Of a stretch of 64,000 bases of DNA, positions 51,701-64,000 are shown in pieces. The first letter of the stretch is position 1, and each line of letters starts with the position of its first letter. The notes beneath the pieces are model-generated. The model ran no database searches. It saw nothing but the letters and a program-made list of their open reading frames with translations, and was not told where the DNA came from. The stretch is from NCBI GenBank assembly GCA_030141605.1, contig JAQGDQ010000012.1, forward strand, positions 1,010,359 through 1,074,358. The letters are read 5' to 3'. The DNA comes from Tubiluchus corallicola (taxonomy: Eukaryota > Animalia > Priapulida). The translations under genes and the position numbers were made by a program.

Positions 51701-54700
51701 TCATAACGATTACTTGTTACGTATTACAGCAAGCGATCGAAGCCAATTCATATTTCGATGAGGGATTTTATGAAATTCACAATGGAGATGTGGACAAAGC
51801 TTTAGCTAATGCAAACTATGTCTTAGGTACGTGCTAACAGAGTGTGTAGCAGTGGTATCATGCTCATTATAGAATTGCTGCCACGATAGTGTGTGGCATT
51901 TAAAAAGTGAAAAACCTGAGTTGTGATTAAAGATTAACTGTGTATGTTCAGATTTATTCATGTGCTGTTAACAAGTTATTAGCTTGTTAGTTACTACTGA
52001 GAAGAAGAAGAATGGCTCCATATATCTCATGGCACGTTTCGATAGCTTGTTACCTATTAATCCGATAGCTTCAATATCTATTAATAAAACCTCAGCATAC
52101 AACAAGGACGGGTAGCTAGACTGTCCTCGGCTGCCTTTGTTCCCAGTGCATGACTAAGTACTTGATTAAGGCTAAGTAAACCTAGGAATGTGGCCAGACA
52201 GTCCTGTTCAAGGTTTAAATGAGAGTGATTGAAAGTCAGAAGCTCTGGATCGACACTCTAATGCTCCATCAATGCACCTTTGCCAAACCTACTGAAACTT
52301 TTTGCAGAGGGTGAATTCAGGGCAGGTGGACAGCAGCATTTTTACATGGAAAATCAGTCAGCCATTTGCATACCTCGTGGAGAGAAAATGGAGATGGAGA
52401 TATTATCTTCCACTCAAACCATAAATTATGTGCAGGTATGATGGAACAGGTGTTGTATTGTTATGTTATATATGTATATATACATATGTGTATGTATATA
52501 CATATACATATGCATATACATATACATATTAATATTGGGTGGCACAGAAAAAATGTGCCAGAGTTTGGAGTAGAGTAATATTAGAAGCAAGTACTATACA
52601 AAGTTCAAATTTGATATGACATCATGATATTACAGTACATTACCTTTGGCTGTCAAAGTTACATGTTTATAGTTTTAGTGGTCTTTAAGTTATGGCAGAA
52701 AAACTTTTACATGTTAAAAAGTTAAATGCCGGAATAATGTCAGCCATAATCGTCAACTGATATACAGCCGCTTTGACGTATAAAACACACACTACATGGC
52801 AGCAAAACAGCAAAGAAGTCAACTAGTTTACATCTTGATCTTCACCATAGAACATAAAGCAATGTAAAAGATTTGTTGCCAAGAAAATATGGACTTATCT
52901 TCTATGATATGGTCTCTGGAATTCCCTTAAAGAGAAAGTGTATGATGGTCGCACACAGAGCCGTTTGATGCAAAGGAGCTAAGGCAAATTTTGTTGAGTG
53001 CTGAGACCAAATAATGGAAAGTGAGAAACTGTGTCAGCTGTTTGAAGAAATACCTTTATATAGTTTGCTGTGAAAATGGTGGACACTATAGAGTAGTTGC
53101 TGTAAATTTTAACATAGTGCCATAACATTTTTTTGGGCAATTATTTTTTAACTTGTTGATTTAAAATTTTGTATCTTTTGACAAATCTAAGGGAATGATT
53201 CAAAATTTTTGATGTTTATGCATAAATGTCTGTAACATCAGTGTGGTCATTTTCAAGCCATTCACTTGTTTCCTTATAGCATCGTGATACATACAAAACT
53301 GCGGCACATTTTTTTGTGCCACCTTATACATATATATATATATAGTATGTATAATCTTATAGATAGATAGATAGATAGATATATTCAGGGACTGACTGAT
53401 AAATGTCATCTTGCGTAAGCATTTGGTCAGTACTTTTGCAAAAATGTTTTTAAAATAGTGACTTTGTTCTAGCTGTTACAAGCTCGAGTACATGTAAAAT
53501 TATGAACTACAACTCACGGACTTATATACTTGGTTTCTCACACCTTTTCACTGAACTTCTTTGTTTGTGTGTAAAAAATGTTTATGTGTAAAGTTTGTCA
53601 GAACTCGCTATGGATTTGTTAATATGTATTTTGTTTAGTGTGACATATCCTTCCTATTCTAGCCCTTAAATTTACTTGATTCAGTGACTGTTGAAGTTCT
53701 GTTACGTCATCTGGCTCCTGGTACTTGTGTGTTTTTTGAAGAGCACATCAATCAGAAGCTATTTTGTAATTACAGCCAAACATCGATAAAAGCCCCTTTA
53801 CAATGTCAACCTCACTTAACACCCAAATTTTTAGCAAAACAAAATATCTGTATTTGCATAGATGTGTATGTTATAATGCCAAACTCGCTATAGCAACAAT
53901 TTTTTTGCAGTCTCAAAGTAGGCGATATGAAGCTGTTTGACCGTATTATTATGAAATCGTTTAATTTCTGTTTATTTAGGAAATGACCTCAAAAACACTG
54001 GGAGTTCCCAAGAATAGGCTTACTGTTAAAGTGAAGCGAGTTGGTAATTATTTCAAAAATATGCTTTAATTAGCTTTTGTTTTTGTTCTTATTTATCAGT
54101 AAGCAGAGATCCTTTGAACAGAGATGGAAGTATGTCTCACTAAAGTTTAATTTGCATAGCATGTCTATTTTTTGGTTTGGGGATACTAGTGTGCATCGTT
54201 AATAAAATTGTGTAACATTTTGGTGTAATTATATTACAGTTTAGAAATTTGACAGGTTTTTCTAAATGCTAATTAAATCTGTTTATTTTGTTACTTGCTA
54301 AACACTGCTTGAGCTACATAGCATTGACGAATTTCTACTGGAACTTAACTTTTCAGAACTAATATCATTGCTTTCTGTTAACATTAAACTTAACAAATGA
54401 ATAACAATTGGGAATTTAAAATTTCTTAAGGTGCTGTACTTGCTGTACTCGTGTAACTCAGATGTATCTTTTAAGGTGGTGGTTTTGGAGGAAAGGAGCT
54501 TCAATGTATATTGTGTTCTGGTCCTTGTGCTGTGGCTGCCCATAAGTAAGTTTCTAGCAACCTTCAATGGGAAATAGGAATATCATAACATAATATACCA
54601 TACATAACATAATATGATATAACATATTCTTTATTTTTTATGCCTACAATACAAACATATTGTATTAAACAATTTGAAAATATTGTGAAGAGAGGACAGC

Positions 54701-57700
54701 AAGCCGAGCAGATAGTTCATGACAACAGATAAGATGACCAGAATATGAAGTGATAAATCTCAATATCAGAAGTGCATCAAAAACAAATTTAATAGACAAG
54801 TTCAGACATATTAATAGGTTAAATGATGATAACTGACTAAAATCAACTTAAAATATATAATTGTAAATTGCATTTATAAATGTGAAATAAAAAAGGGAGA
54901 TTTAGTACTAATGTTAAGAGTACAAAAATATAACTGAAAGTCAACTATTATATATGTGTGTGTATAGCAGGTTGCACCTGTAGTTGTGGAAAAAAACAGG
55001 CAGTTATAACTTAAGAGAAGCGTAATTGCAGATGTCCTTCTTGGAGTATCAAATTACTAGAGTTAATAGACTGCCAAGCAAGCATAAATAAACCTATGAT
55101 AAATAAGTAAACAAGAGGCAATAATTGGAACTAAAAATATATATATTTTTAACAGAAAATTATCGAGAGTTGAAGTGATTTCATGCGCATACATGAAGTT
55201 AAGACAAGGCAATGTCATCAGGGCATAAATTAAAATACAATGAGAAGACCTGCTAAACACATTAGTATTATAATAACATATTAAGAAAAGTAATTTTTGA
55301 TAAGGTCTTATTATAGTGTTTGTAAGGTTTATACTTGGAGAATTAACTATTGCATATGTATAATGTCCATCCTTGGTTAGTGTATTCTTTTACATTTCTG
55401 TTTTAACATTTCTAAATAAAATTTAAGTTGTGCATTTAGCTTAATTTTGTATAAGTAAAATGCTATGATACCATTTGCTGAAATAATCGGTTAGTTCGCT
55501 TTTTAACTTATCCCTACTAATTTAACGTGTTGCTGGATACTTGATGAGAATGTTACATGTCGTCGTAATAATGCATAAGCTCACATCTTGTCACATTCAT
55601 TTGCACATCTAAGTGCTGTGAACCTCTTGGTATCTAAGCTTTAAAGACGTTTGTTACGCCGTGACATTGTCGTCGTTCATGTGATACACTTTTTGAGTAT
55701 TAATCTATTAACTATAGGTTTATATGTGATAACTTTATGTGATGTCTCGATAGAGCGCTGCAGAAAAATTGCAAAAAATAATGGTGCATGTCATTGGTGA
55801 GATGAGGTCTGGCAACATTATGATCTTAACTTAAGCAACTGCATAGTTTAGTACATTATACTCTGCAGGCCTTTGTGGAAGTCTCTGCTGTACTGAGTAC
55901 TATTCTAGTTTGAAAACTGACCATAACTCGATTTGTAGAGCAGTTAGAATGTTGAAATTTGGCACAAGGTGCGAGTCACCGAATTGTTTGGACTAGTTTC
56001 ATCAAACCTTACATTCTTTGTAGGTAATATACTATGTATCATTTGATTTCTCGGTGTTACAGACTTCAACGTCCAGTTCGCTGCGTATTCAGTCGAGATG
56101 ATGATTTCGTAGTTACAGGTGGTCGACACAAGGCACTTTACAAATACAAGGTAAACACCAATATTGCATTTTTCAATGGAGAGCTAGCAATGTGCTTGAT
56201 CAAAAATATGATTTTCCATCTTAATTATTGAACAAATTTCTGTTATTTCATGGAGACAATTTTATTAGCCTTCAAATTTTAAGTTACCGAAGGACAATAA
56301 CTTTATATTGATTAATAACGATCTACTAAGCAAATTAATGTACGCTTTATATTCAAGCTCAGAGCATTATTGTAAGATACATTTGCACATTGGTTGACTG
56401 TGAATTTACTCGATCTTGTTGATTGTAATTGTGCTTTTACTGTGTATTTTTCCTGTTAGATTGGTTTTGATGGCACTGGAAAAGTGCAGGTACTTGATGT
56501 TAAGATATACCTGAACTCTGGGTATTCACGGGATGTATCACCCGAGGTATGCTGTTAAGTAGGCATTTCTAATACATTCTGAAAATTATCTTTGCAGAGC
56601 TAAATGTTGTACACATTAGGGATAAAAACATTCACTATGTATTCCAAAAAAACAATCCTGCCAGCTAACAGTCCTGTTAATTCACTAGTAATTTGGTTAT
56701 TCTGCACATATGTAATCATCCTTATGACTTCAAAGAGCTTAGAGTTTGATATGGGAACATTTCAAAAAAGTTCCTTCAAACACTGTAGAATGTTCATTTT
56801 ACAAAAAATTAAATTGTCAAAGTTCACCAGCTCTATGTTAAACCATTTGCACACACAGTTCATTTCAAGTTCATAGTGCAAACATGGGTGTAGGTAAATT
56901 TATCTTTCCGGATTAGCAGAGGTATGGCTCAATAATTAACATAGTTCAGTCGAGACAAATGTGTGGGTTTGCATAAATTTACCATTCCAGCTCAATAATT
57001 GCCATACACAGTGATACAGTGTCTGCTGGCTAGCGTTTTTTGTTTGTCTATTTCTACTTGTGGGCTACTGCGATGATTGTGGAAGGAAATTTGGATCCCA
57101 GCGTAGAATATTCCTTTATTCGAATAATTTTTCCTGGAACATTTGAATAATAAATTACGCGAAATACCCCCCCCCCTTTAATACACACATACACGGAATT
57201 GTGACAGTGTTCGGGGCTATCGCCAAGAGCCCATCAGTGTTTTGTTTTATTTCGTGCTTTTTGTGAGACTACCCAAACACAGCAAGATAATTTTAAAAAT
57301 TCTATTTCTTCAAAAAAAGCTGTTATTAAGATATTTTCTTTTTTACCTTAAATAGTAAATTTAAGAATGTAATTAGAATACATACCTACAGATGTGCAAA
57401 ATTTGGATAACTAGTAATTGTACTCTATTCTTATTCCTTTGTTTTTGTGATAGAAAACAACTCACAATAATATTGGTGCTCTTATGCAATTGATCTGTTG
57501 CTATGACAATTACCAGCCAGCTGCTGGTTCTTGCAAAAATGTGTAACATCGCTTGGGCTTGGCTTATAAGTAGAATGATTGACTGAGAATGCCTGTAAAT
57601 TTTGTTTCGAAATCGAAGAACTATATTTAGCTTATTAGACTACAATGCAATGTATGTGTTGTTACTTAAAATTTTATATTTTATTTTAGCTGATGCAACA

Positions 57701-60700
57701 TGTTCTTTTTGCGGTTGATGGCTGCTATAAGATTCCAAATTTACGTTTCTACGCTGCTTGTTGTAAGACAAACTTGGCTTCAGCTACACCTCTACGTGCT
57801 GCTGGGTATCCCCAGTCAACTCTTTTCATTGAGCACTGTATGCAAGAAGTAGCCAGGAAACTTGCTTTACCAAACTTACAGGTATGAGTGAAATATCTAG
57901 AAATTAATGTTGCCTTGTTTAAATTTTGTGCCTGATCTCACAGATCTCAATGAATTGAAAGAATCTACCATTTTCTTCATTGGCAAGTCAATATATATTA
58001 GCTAGAAATTGGCATTTTGTTTAATCGGCTGATCAAAGTCAGTTAAGTTAAGAACATGTCGAGAGATCACAAGTTCGCTGAGTGCTCTGATTTGGTGTTG
58101 CCTTTAGGCAAGGTGGTTACTGTTCACACAAAACTATCTATAAGCTGGCTTCACAGGAAAAAGGTAAGGTGCCCTGAGACAAGAAAAGATCTTGCCAGTT
58201 TGCTAAGCTATGAATGCTGTTTTTTGTGTTTGTTGGGCATCTGCATTCCCAGGGAGTTGAAAATGTGTATGAATAAACAGGACCTTAATGGATAAAGTTG
58301 TAGTCACGGAAATTTTGATATGAAGCAAGGCTGTAAAGTGTGTTTTTGTATTTGACTTGTCTTTTTGTTTTGGTCTTTGTCTTTGCCCATGCTTTGGTCT
58401 TTGTACTTGACAAGTCATTGTACTTCACATGATTTTGTCTTTATTGAATTGTTCTTATCCTTATTTTCAGTTATATTCTTTCACTCACCTTCAGTTTTAT
58501 CTTTATCTTATTGTTAATGCATATTAATATTCAGTTGTTTGTAATGTCTGTAGTGCCATTTTAGAAATTATTGCATTTTGAGTACTTATAAATAAGCTTA
58601 CATTATTGCGTGTTTAACAAGGTTCGTGGTGTTAACTTGTTTCATTGTGGAGATACTACCTGGTGGAATATGCCAATAACAGATGAAAATTGTCAGAACT
58701 GCTTTGATGAATGTGTAAAAATCAGTGATTACCATAACAGACAAGCTGCAGTGGATGCATTCAACAAGTAAGAGATGAACTTGGTCTTCATAAACTGTCT
58801 GCTTTTAAATTGCCAATTGTCATAATTGTTTAATTATTAAAACACTTTTTTCATAGTAACGTTTAGATTATTGTGATATAATAATGTTTTAGTAATATTA
58901 GTGTTATAATAATAACAATGTTAGCATTACAAAAATTATGTTATAATGCATCACCATTCAGTTTTTAGCAATATGTTCAAAGCCTGAAAAGCCAATGATT
59001 TATGGTGAATTTAGCCAACGAAAGTGTGTATAGTGTTATGCACCAATGCTTGAGTCTTGTATATTAAGTAATAAATATCTGGAAGACTGGAACCGAACAT
59101 TTTACAAGTTATACTTTAGTTTCAACTCTTACCTTCAGAAAATAATTTTCAGGCTTAATCTTGTTCCTTAAACTCTTCTGAAATCCTTATTGAAGCTAAA
59201 ACACATTATGCCTCTTTGCCTTTGTTTGATGTTTTTATAAACCGTTTTCACAGATTGATTGCAGGTGTAATTGAGACAAAATAGTGAATAAATGATAGGT
59301 GAAAAAATTATAACACAGATAGTAAAATAAAATCGCGGGGACAAATGATTTTTAATGACAGTAAGTAAAAATAATCTTATTTAAGTGTACATCCAGTTAA
59401 CAGCATAATTTTGTCTTGACGTAAGATTAGATTTGGGTTGCTTGGATGCAGTCAAATACCCTTCACTATGGAGAGAATAATTATAATTCTATTTATAATT
59501 ATATTTTATCTAATATTAATTACGGTTTTGATCTGTTTTTTATATTGATTATTCAGTATTTTTTACTTCTTGATAATATTGTAAACTGTATAAAGAAGAG
59601 CCTCATTTTTGCGAATTCTGCAAATAATGAAAGAATTCTTAATTAAAGATATAAATGCAATCACAATTTTGCATTTTCCTCCAAATTTTTTTCCCAAGTT
59701 ATTGCATTAAGTATGGTTTGTGACTTTTTACAATGTGAAAATTTAAGACAGTGAACTTACAGTGAAGACACTATGTTGTTGAAATTAAGGAAAATTCTGG
59801 GATTTTTTTAGGAATTCGCGTTGGAAAAAACGTGGGTTGTGTCTCCTTCCTGTGAGGTTCGGCATTCCATTTTTCATGAAGGCAGCGTGTCAGGCTTCTG
59901 CTCTTGTTCATGTTTACACAGATGGCTCTGTGATGTTGACATTTGGGGGGATTGAACTTGGGCAGGGTATACATATAAAAATGTTACAGGTGAATCAATC
60001 CTAGCTAATTTATTTATTCACCATTGTAAAACTGTTGAGTTTTATATCTGCTTCAAATAATGTGAGCTCGCTTGCTAATGTGCCTATTAGTTTTTTACTA
60101 TTTTATTTACCCAAACAAGACAGCAAGTTGGCCAGTTTTGTGTTTAATAGGACCTGGTTAACCCTTTCAAGAATAAACACTTCTAAATAAATTTACATAA
60201 CTAATTAACAGAGATTACTGTGGTGGTAGACATACTTTTATCAATGAAATTTCTGGATTTAGTCAAATTCTGCTGTAAACTGATGTTAACACAATACGTT
60301 TAAATGATACCAGCAGCAGATTTGGCAGATTTTTATTTAGGCTGTCAAGCGCTATTAGTAAAAAAGTATGACTGTATAAAAGAAAACTAACTACATCCGT
60401 TTTGCTTCGTATTTCACATTACATTTATAATAGTTGAAGGGCTTTTTCAATTTAGGTTGCAAGTCGTGCTCTTGAAATTCCCATTGAAATGATTCACCTT
60501 TCGGTTAATAGCACCGATAAGATTGCAAACAGCTCAGCATCATCTGGTAGCAGCACAACTGACCTTTGTGGACCGGCTGTCCTGAAAGCTTGCTTGACTA
60601 TAGCAGACAGGTTGAAGCCTTACAAGATAGCTAAACCTAATGACAGCTGGGCACAGTGGGTAAGATTTGCATTTGTAATTGCATGTAAGTGAACATGTAA

Positions 60701-62290
60701 ATTAGGAAGCCTGGAAAGATTTTCTCTAAGCAAGTCCTTCTGCTTTCCTGACAACTTAGCTAACTATTTTACCATGCAGAAATTTTTTATTTCTCAGACA
60801 CAAAAATTTATTCTGGCCCACCAGAAAACTTTCTTATGCAATTTGATTTGTGTAACACAGCATTTTTCATTATTAGAAAAATTGTCATTAAATTAACATG
60901 TTATTTTAGGTAAAAGCTGCATATTTTGACAGAGTTAATCTCTCTGCTACCGGATTTCATGCACCCGAGTGTGGCGAATATAACTGGAAGACTAAGGAGG
61001 GTTATGGTAATATTTACCTGTCATATGGTGCAGCTTGCAGTGAAGTAGAGATTGATGTACTAACTGGTGATCACGTCCTTCTTAGGACTGATATTGTAAT
61101 GGATGTTGGTCAGAGTCTGAATCCAGCTATAGACATAGGACAGATCGAAGGAGGATTTCTACAAGTAAGGGAAGATAGTAAATAAACATGACAGAAAGGC
61201 AAAATGTGTTTTTTCGCTTACTTGCTGTATGCTAACTTTTTGATCAGCCCTAGCCCGCTGTCTCAGGTTATTAAACATTAATCTAACCATGCAGTGTCCC
61301 CTCTGGGATTGTAAGCATGTAACAGTTCTTTGTAATTTCTTGTAATATGACCCTACATCTGGCTTTTGCATGTCATTATATTTAGGTAATAAATCATTAA
61401 AAAAGACAAGTCTTATTCAAAAGAAACATTAAAAAAAATGATTTTTTATAATTAAACTTATTTGAACATTTCCGATTTTATGCCCACTGAAATTACAGAG
61501 AATGATTTTGTAAAGATATACGCTTACAATATTTTATAATAATGTTTCATAAAAGAAAAGTTAATAATTTTACCTTTACCTGTCAAAAACAGTAATGGCA
61601 TTTTATGTGTTTCGTGTCGTGTTTTTCATTTTAGTAAAGTTGAAATTATAAACTTCTTTTAATCTAGGGCTATGGATATGTTACATTGGAGGAGATACGA
61701 TGGACTGAAGATGGTGTGCCAATTACTCGTAATCCCGGAACTTACAAAATTCCTGGCTTTAATGATATGCCAGTAGAATTTAATGTTGCCTTGTTAAGGA
61801 ATGCTAGTAATCCTAAAGCTATCTATTCTTCTAAGGTTTGTAAATGTTTCAAAATTACAACGTTGAGAAAGTCACTGAAATCCATTATTAACTGAATATT
61901 AATGAAGAGAGCAAAAGCTATTTGGATTTCCAAGTAATGATATTTATATACTGCAATTATATGAAAAGCTGCTATTGCAAAAATTGACATTTGTATTGAC
62001 ACTAAAGTTGTATGATGATATATCCACAGTTATGCATTTTAGGGTGCCAACCAACTTTTGTCTGCTAGAAAAGATCACGTTTGGCAATATGTTGATTTAT
62101 TGATGACTCATACTGTTTTCAGGGTATAGGAGAACCTCCACTGTTACTGGGTTCATCTGCATTCTTTGCCATAAGGGACGCCACGTTTTGCGCAAGGAAG
62201 GATGCAGGTTGCAAAGACGACATCAGTTTTCATCCCCCGGCAACTGCTGAGAAAATATGCATTTCATGCGGCACGAATTTGAAAGTTTAA
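39791..62290 (+). CDS. XDH: XDH/AOX-family molybdo-flavoenzyme, paralog C, complete, 26 coding exons, about 1313 aa
   Basis: Exons: 39791-39838, 41668-41725, 42023-42231, 42846-43130, 44154-44231, 45720-45858, 46894-47058, 47421-47497, 47825-48031, 48407-48591, 49035-49200, 49411-49594, 50786-51081, 51730-51826, 52308-52435, 53980-54043, 54476-54545, 56063-56150, 56460-56546, 57690-57881, 58622-58767, 59812-59989, 60456-60659, 60910-61164, 61668-61835, 62123-62290 (sum 3942 nt, TAA). Same exon sizes and phases as B except exon 4. Symbol denotes the family. Confidence 0.95.
41726..42022 (+). other. U12-type intron 2 of paralog C (297 nt)
   Basis: Donor GTATCCAA; perfect branch TTCCTTAAC at 42004-42012 followed by TGTATCTCAG with no polypyrimidine tract. 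Confidence 0.85.
46218..46752. mobile_element. hAT (Charlie-like) MITE in paralog C intron 6
   Basis: TIRs CAGTGGTTCCCAACCTT / AAGGTTGGGAACCCATG; perfect 8-bp target duplication TACTAGTG (46210-46217 and 46753-46760); subterminal GyGACCCC repeats. Confidence 0.9.
51998..52270 (-). mobile_element. Possible degenerate tRNA-derived SINE
   Basis: Minus strand shows a weak tRNA-like head, a central CTTAGCCTT..AAGTAC..AAAGGCAGCCG segment and a (TTC)n tail; pattern recognition only. Confidence 0.3.
52535..53326 (+). mobile_element. Internally deleted Tc1/mariner-superfamily element inserted in a TA-rich microsatellite
   Basis: TIRs GGGTGGCACAGAAAAAATGTGCC / GGCACATTTTTTTGTGCCACC; decayed transposase motifs (D..LW..LKEKVY at about 52890-52945; ENGGH at about 53072); flanked by (TA/CATA)n. 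Confidence 0.75.
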
Positions 62291-63352
62291 AAATTAGTTA
62301 AGTGACTTGGTATCGTGCAAAATTATCTTTTGCTTTTTCTTTGGGAACATAATTGAAAAGCTTTGACTAATATGTTGTTTTATGTAATAGTTTGATAATT
62401 TAGTACATATTCAGAAACTGCAAAAATTTAGTTTTGGCTAGTATAAAGCTAAATACTGACAATAGGAATTCATCTGAAAAAAGGATGTGAATAGTGTGAC
62501 TGTGTTGACTTCTGTTCGTATTTCCATTAGGTGCAGCACGGAGACTTATTTTAGTAAGCATTCATGTGTTAAGTTTTAAGACCAAATTCTTATAGATTTC
62601 ATTTGCTGATTTGCATTCATAAACTTTTAACTTTACAACCATTTATTAGTCAGCTGAATCTGTCGTATCAGATCCTATTTTTGCTTTGATACCATGCTGT
62701 AAAGTAGATCGGTTACAAAGTATGTATGACAAGTGGTTATAACGAAGTAGCTAGTGCTGAATAGGGCCTAGTAATGCACAATAGCTTGTTAATTAATAGC
62801 ATGTTAAACTTTGTTCAGTTTTAATTGTTACACTATACATCTTTAAAAGTAGTAGCATGAATAAAATAAAAAATAGGTTAGTTTTGCATTTTTAGCAGAT
62901 TATTTTTTACACCTTTTTTATTGCGATAAGAGGGCTAGTTTAAAAAGTGAAATGTATTTCTTTATCATTATTAGTCTGCTGAATTTATTGTTGTGATTCA
63001 TAGCAAGAGAAAGTTTATTTTTAAATGTTTTATGAAATTATATATAGTATATGCAAACTAGGAGATTGTTATTTAGTTTTCTTTGTGACAAGATGTACCA
63101 TTAAATACTTATTTTTACAATTGTTAAAAAATCAGACACATGAATAGTTATTTATCAGCTAATAAAATAAATAAGACAACTGTTACTAATGATTGTGTGT
63201 TTATGAATTTCAGCCAGTTAAGATGACCTACAAAACTGTGGTTTTTATCCTTTCAATTAATACTGGTAACAATACTGATGACAGTTATGTGCAAATCTGT
63301 ACATGTATACTTGATTATTCATTTCTGTTCAACTAAAATGAACTGCATTGCA

Positions 63353-63472
63353 GTTGTCATGGAAACGAGATTCAGTGAACTGCAAAATATCATTAATTTT
63401 GATAATGTGCAAGATATTTCAGGCATTGATCTGATGCACTGCAACTTCCACTGCTCTGGTTACCATAGCAAC
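63353..63472. promoter_or_regulatory. Pair of RFX X-box-like palindromes
   Basis: GTTGTCATGGAAAC (63353-63366) and GTTACCATAGCAAC (63459-63472) fit the X-box consensus; they may belong to a small inverted repeat element. Confidence 0.35.
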
Positions 63473-64000
63473 ACATCCACTTGTAATGAATTATTGCAGT
63501 TTAGTTATCAAGGATTCATGTGGCACTATAGCTGGTCAACATTGCATTCGGTCACTGGCGTTATGTCAACAGTACAGAATGCTGACAAATGCAGTAAATT
63601 TACAGTTTTTACTTAATAACTGTATATGTGCAATATAAGGCAGCCATTTCAGTGTTACACTTGTGAACTAAAAACAATATTTATGGATTTTAATGGGCAA
63701 CATTTTATGGATATTAATGAACAATTGGACACATATCATAAGAGAGGGAGGGTTGGCCATCCAAAAAGAAAATGAAAGACATGCAGGCTCACACATAAAG
63801 AAAGAGATTTGGCTACATTTTGGAATTCTTTCTAAGTAATGCACATTGCTAAGTGTAAGTAGTATCTAATAAAAACGTAAATTAATAGGATGAGTAACAC
63901 AATATTTTTTTATGTTTTAATAGTGTTCCCAAAATTTTGTACTAACATTATCACATACCATTGATTATGTATACACCATAATTTACACTAATAAAAAAAA

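Noticed and set aside
47815-58625. Three AAG acceptors in paralog C (47824, 54475, 58621)
   Set aside because: AAG is an uncommon but ordinary U2 acceptor, and exon sizes match paralog B exactly.
17191-62290. Recoding (selenocysteine, readthrough, frameshift) or pseudogenisation in B or C
   Set aside because: Manual tracing found no in-frame stops or frameshifts in any exon.

Overview
AT-rich, intron-rich animal (probably invertebrate) genomic DNA holding a cluster of three paralogous xanthine dehydrogenase/aldehyde oxidase (XDH/AOX, molybdo-flavoenzyme) genes. Gene A is on the minus strand (ATG 9711, exons 1-8 visible, runs off the left edge). It is head-to-head with gene B (+, 17191-34709, 26 coding exons, about 1310 aa), followed in tandem by gene C (+, 39791-62290, 26 coding exons, about 1313 aa). 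I traced B and C by hand as intact frames with GT-AG introns and identical exon sizes except exon 4. Both keep the XDH scaffold and the catalytic Glu (GEPP) and GGKE Glu, but have lost the purine-binding Arg880 (Glu in B, His in C) and NAD+-site signatures. They look like lineage-specific, XDH-derived oxidases with new substrate pockets. The minor-spliceosome (U12) intron 2 is degenerating differently in each paralog; in B a second, perfect, in-frame U12 donor sits behind a (CT)n tract. Fe-S exons 3-4 are homogenised across paralogs. Intergenic and intronic DNA carries P-element (THAP), piggyBac, hAT, Tc1/mariner/pogo, LINE and Penelope remnants plus microsatellites. All alignments were by eye and residue numbers refer to bovine XDH from memory; no searches were run.
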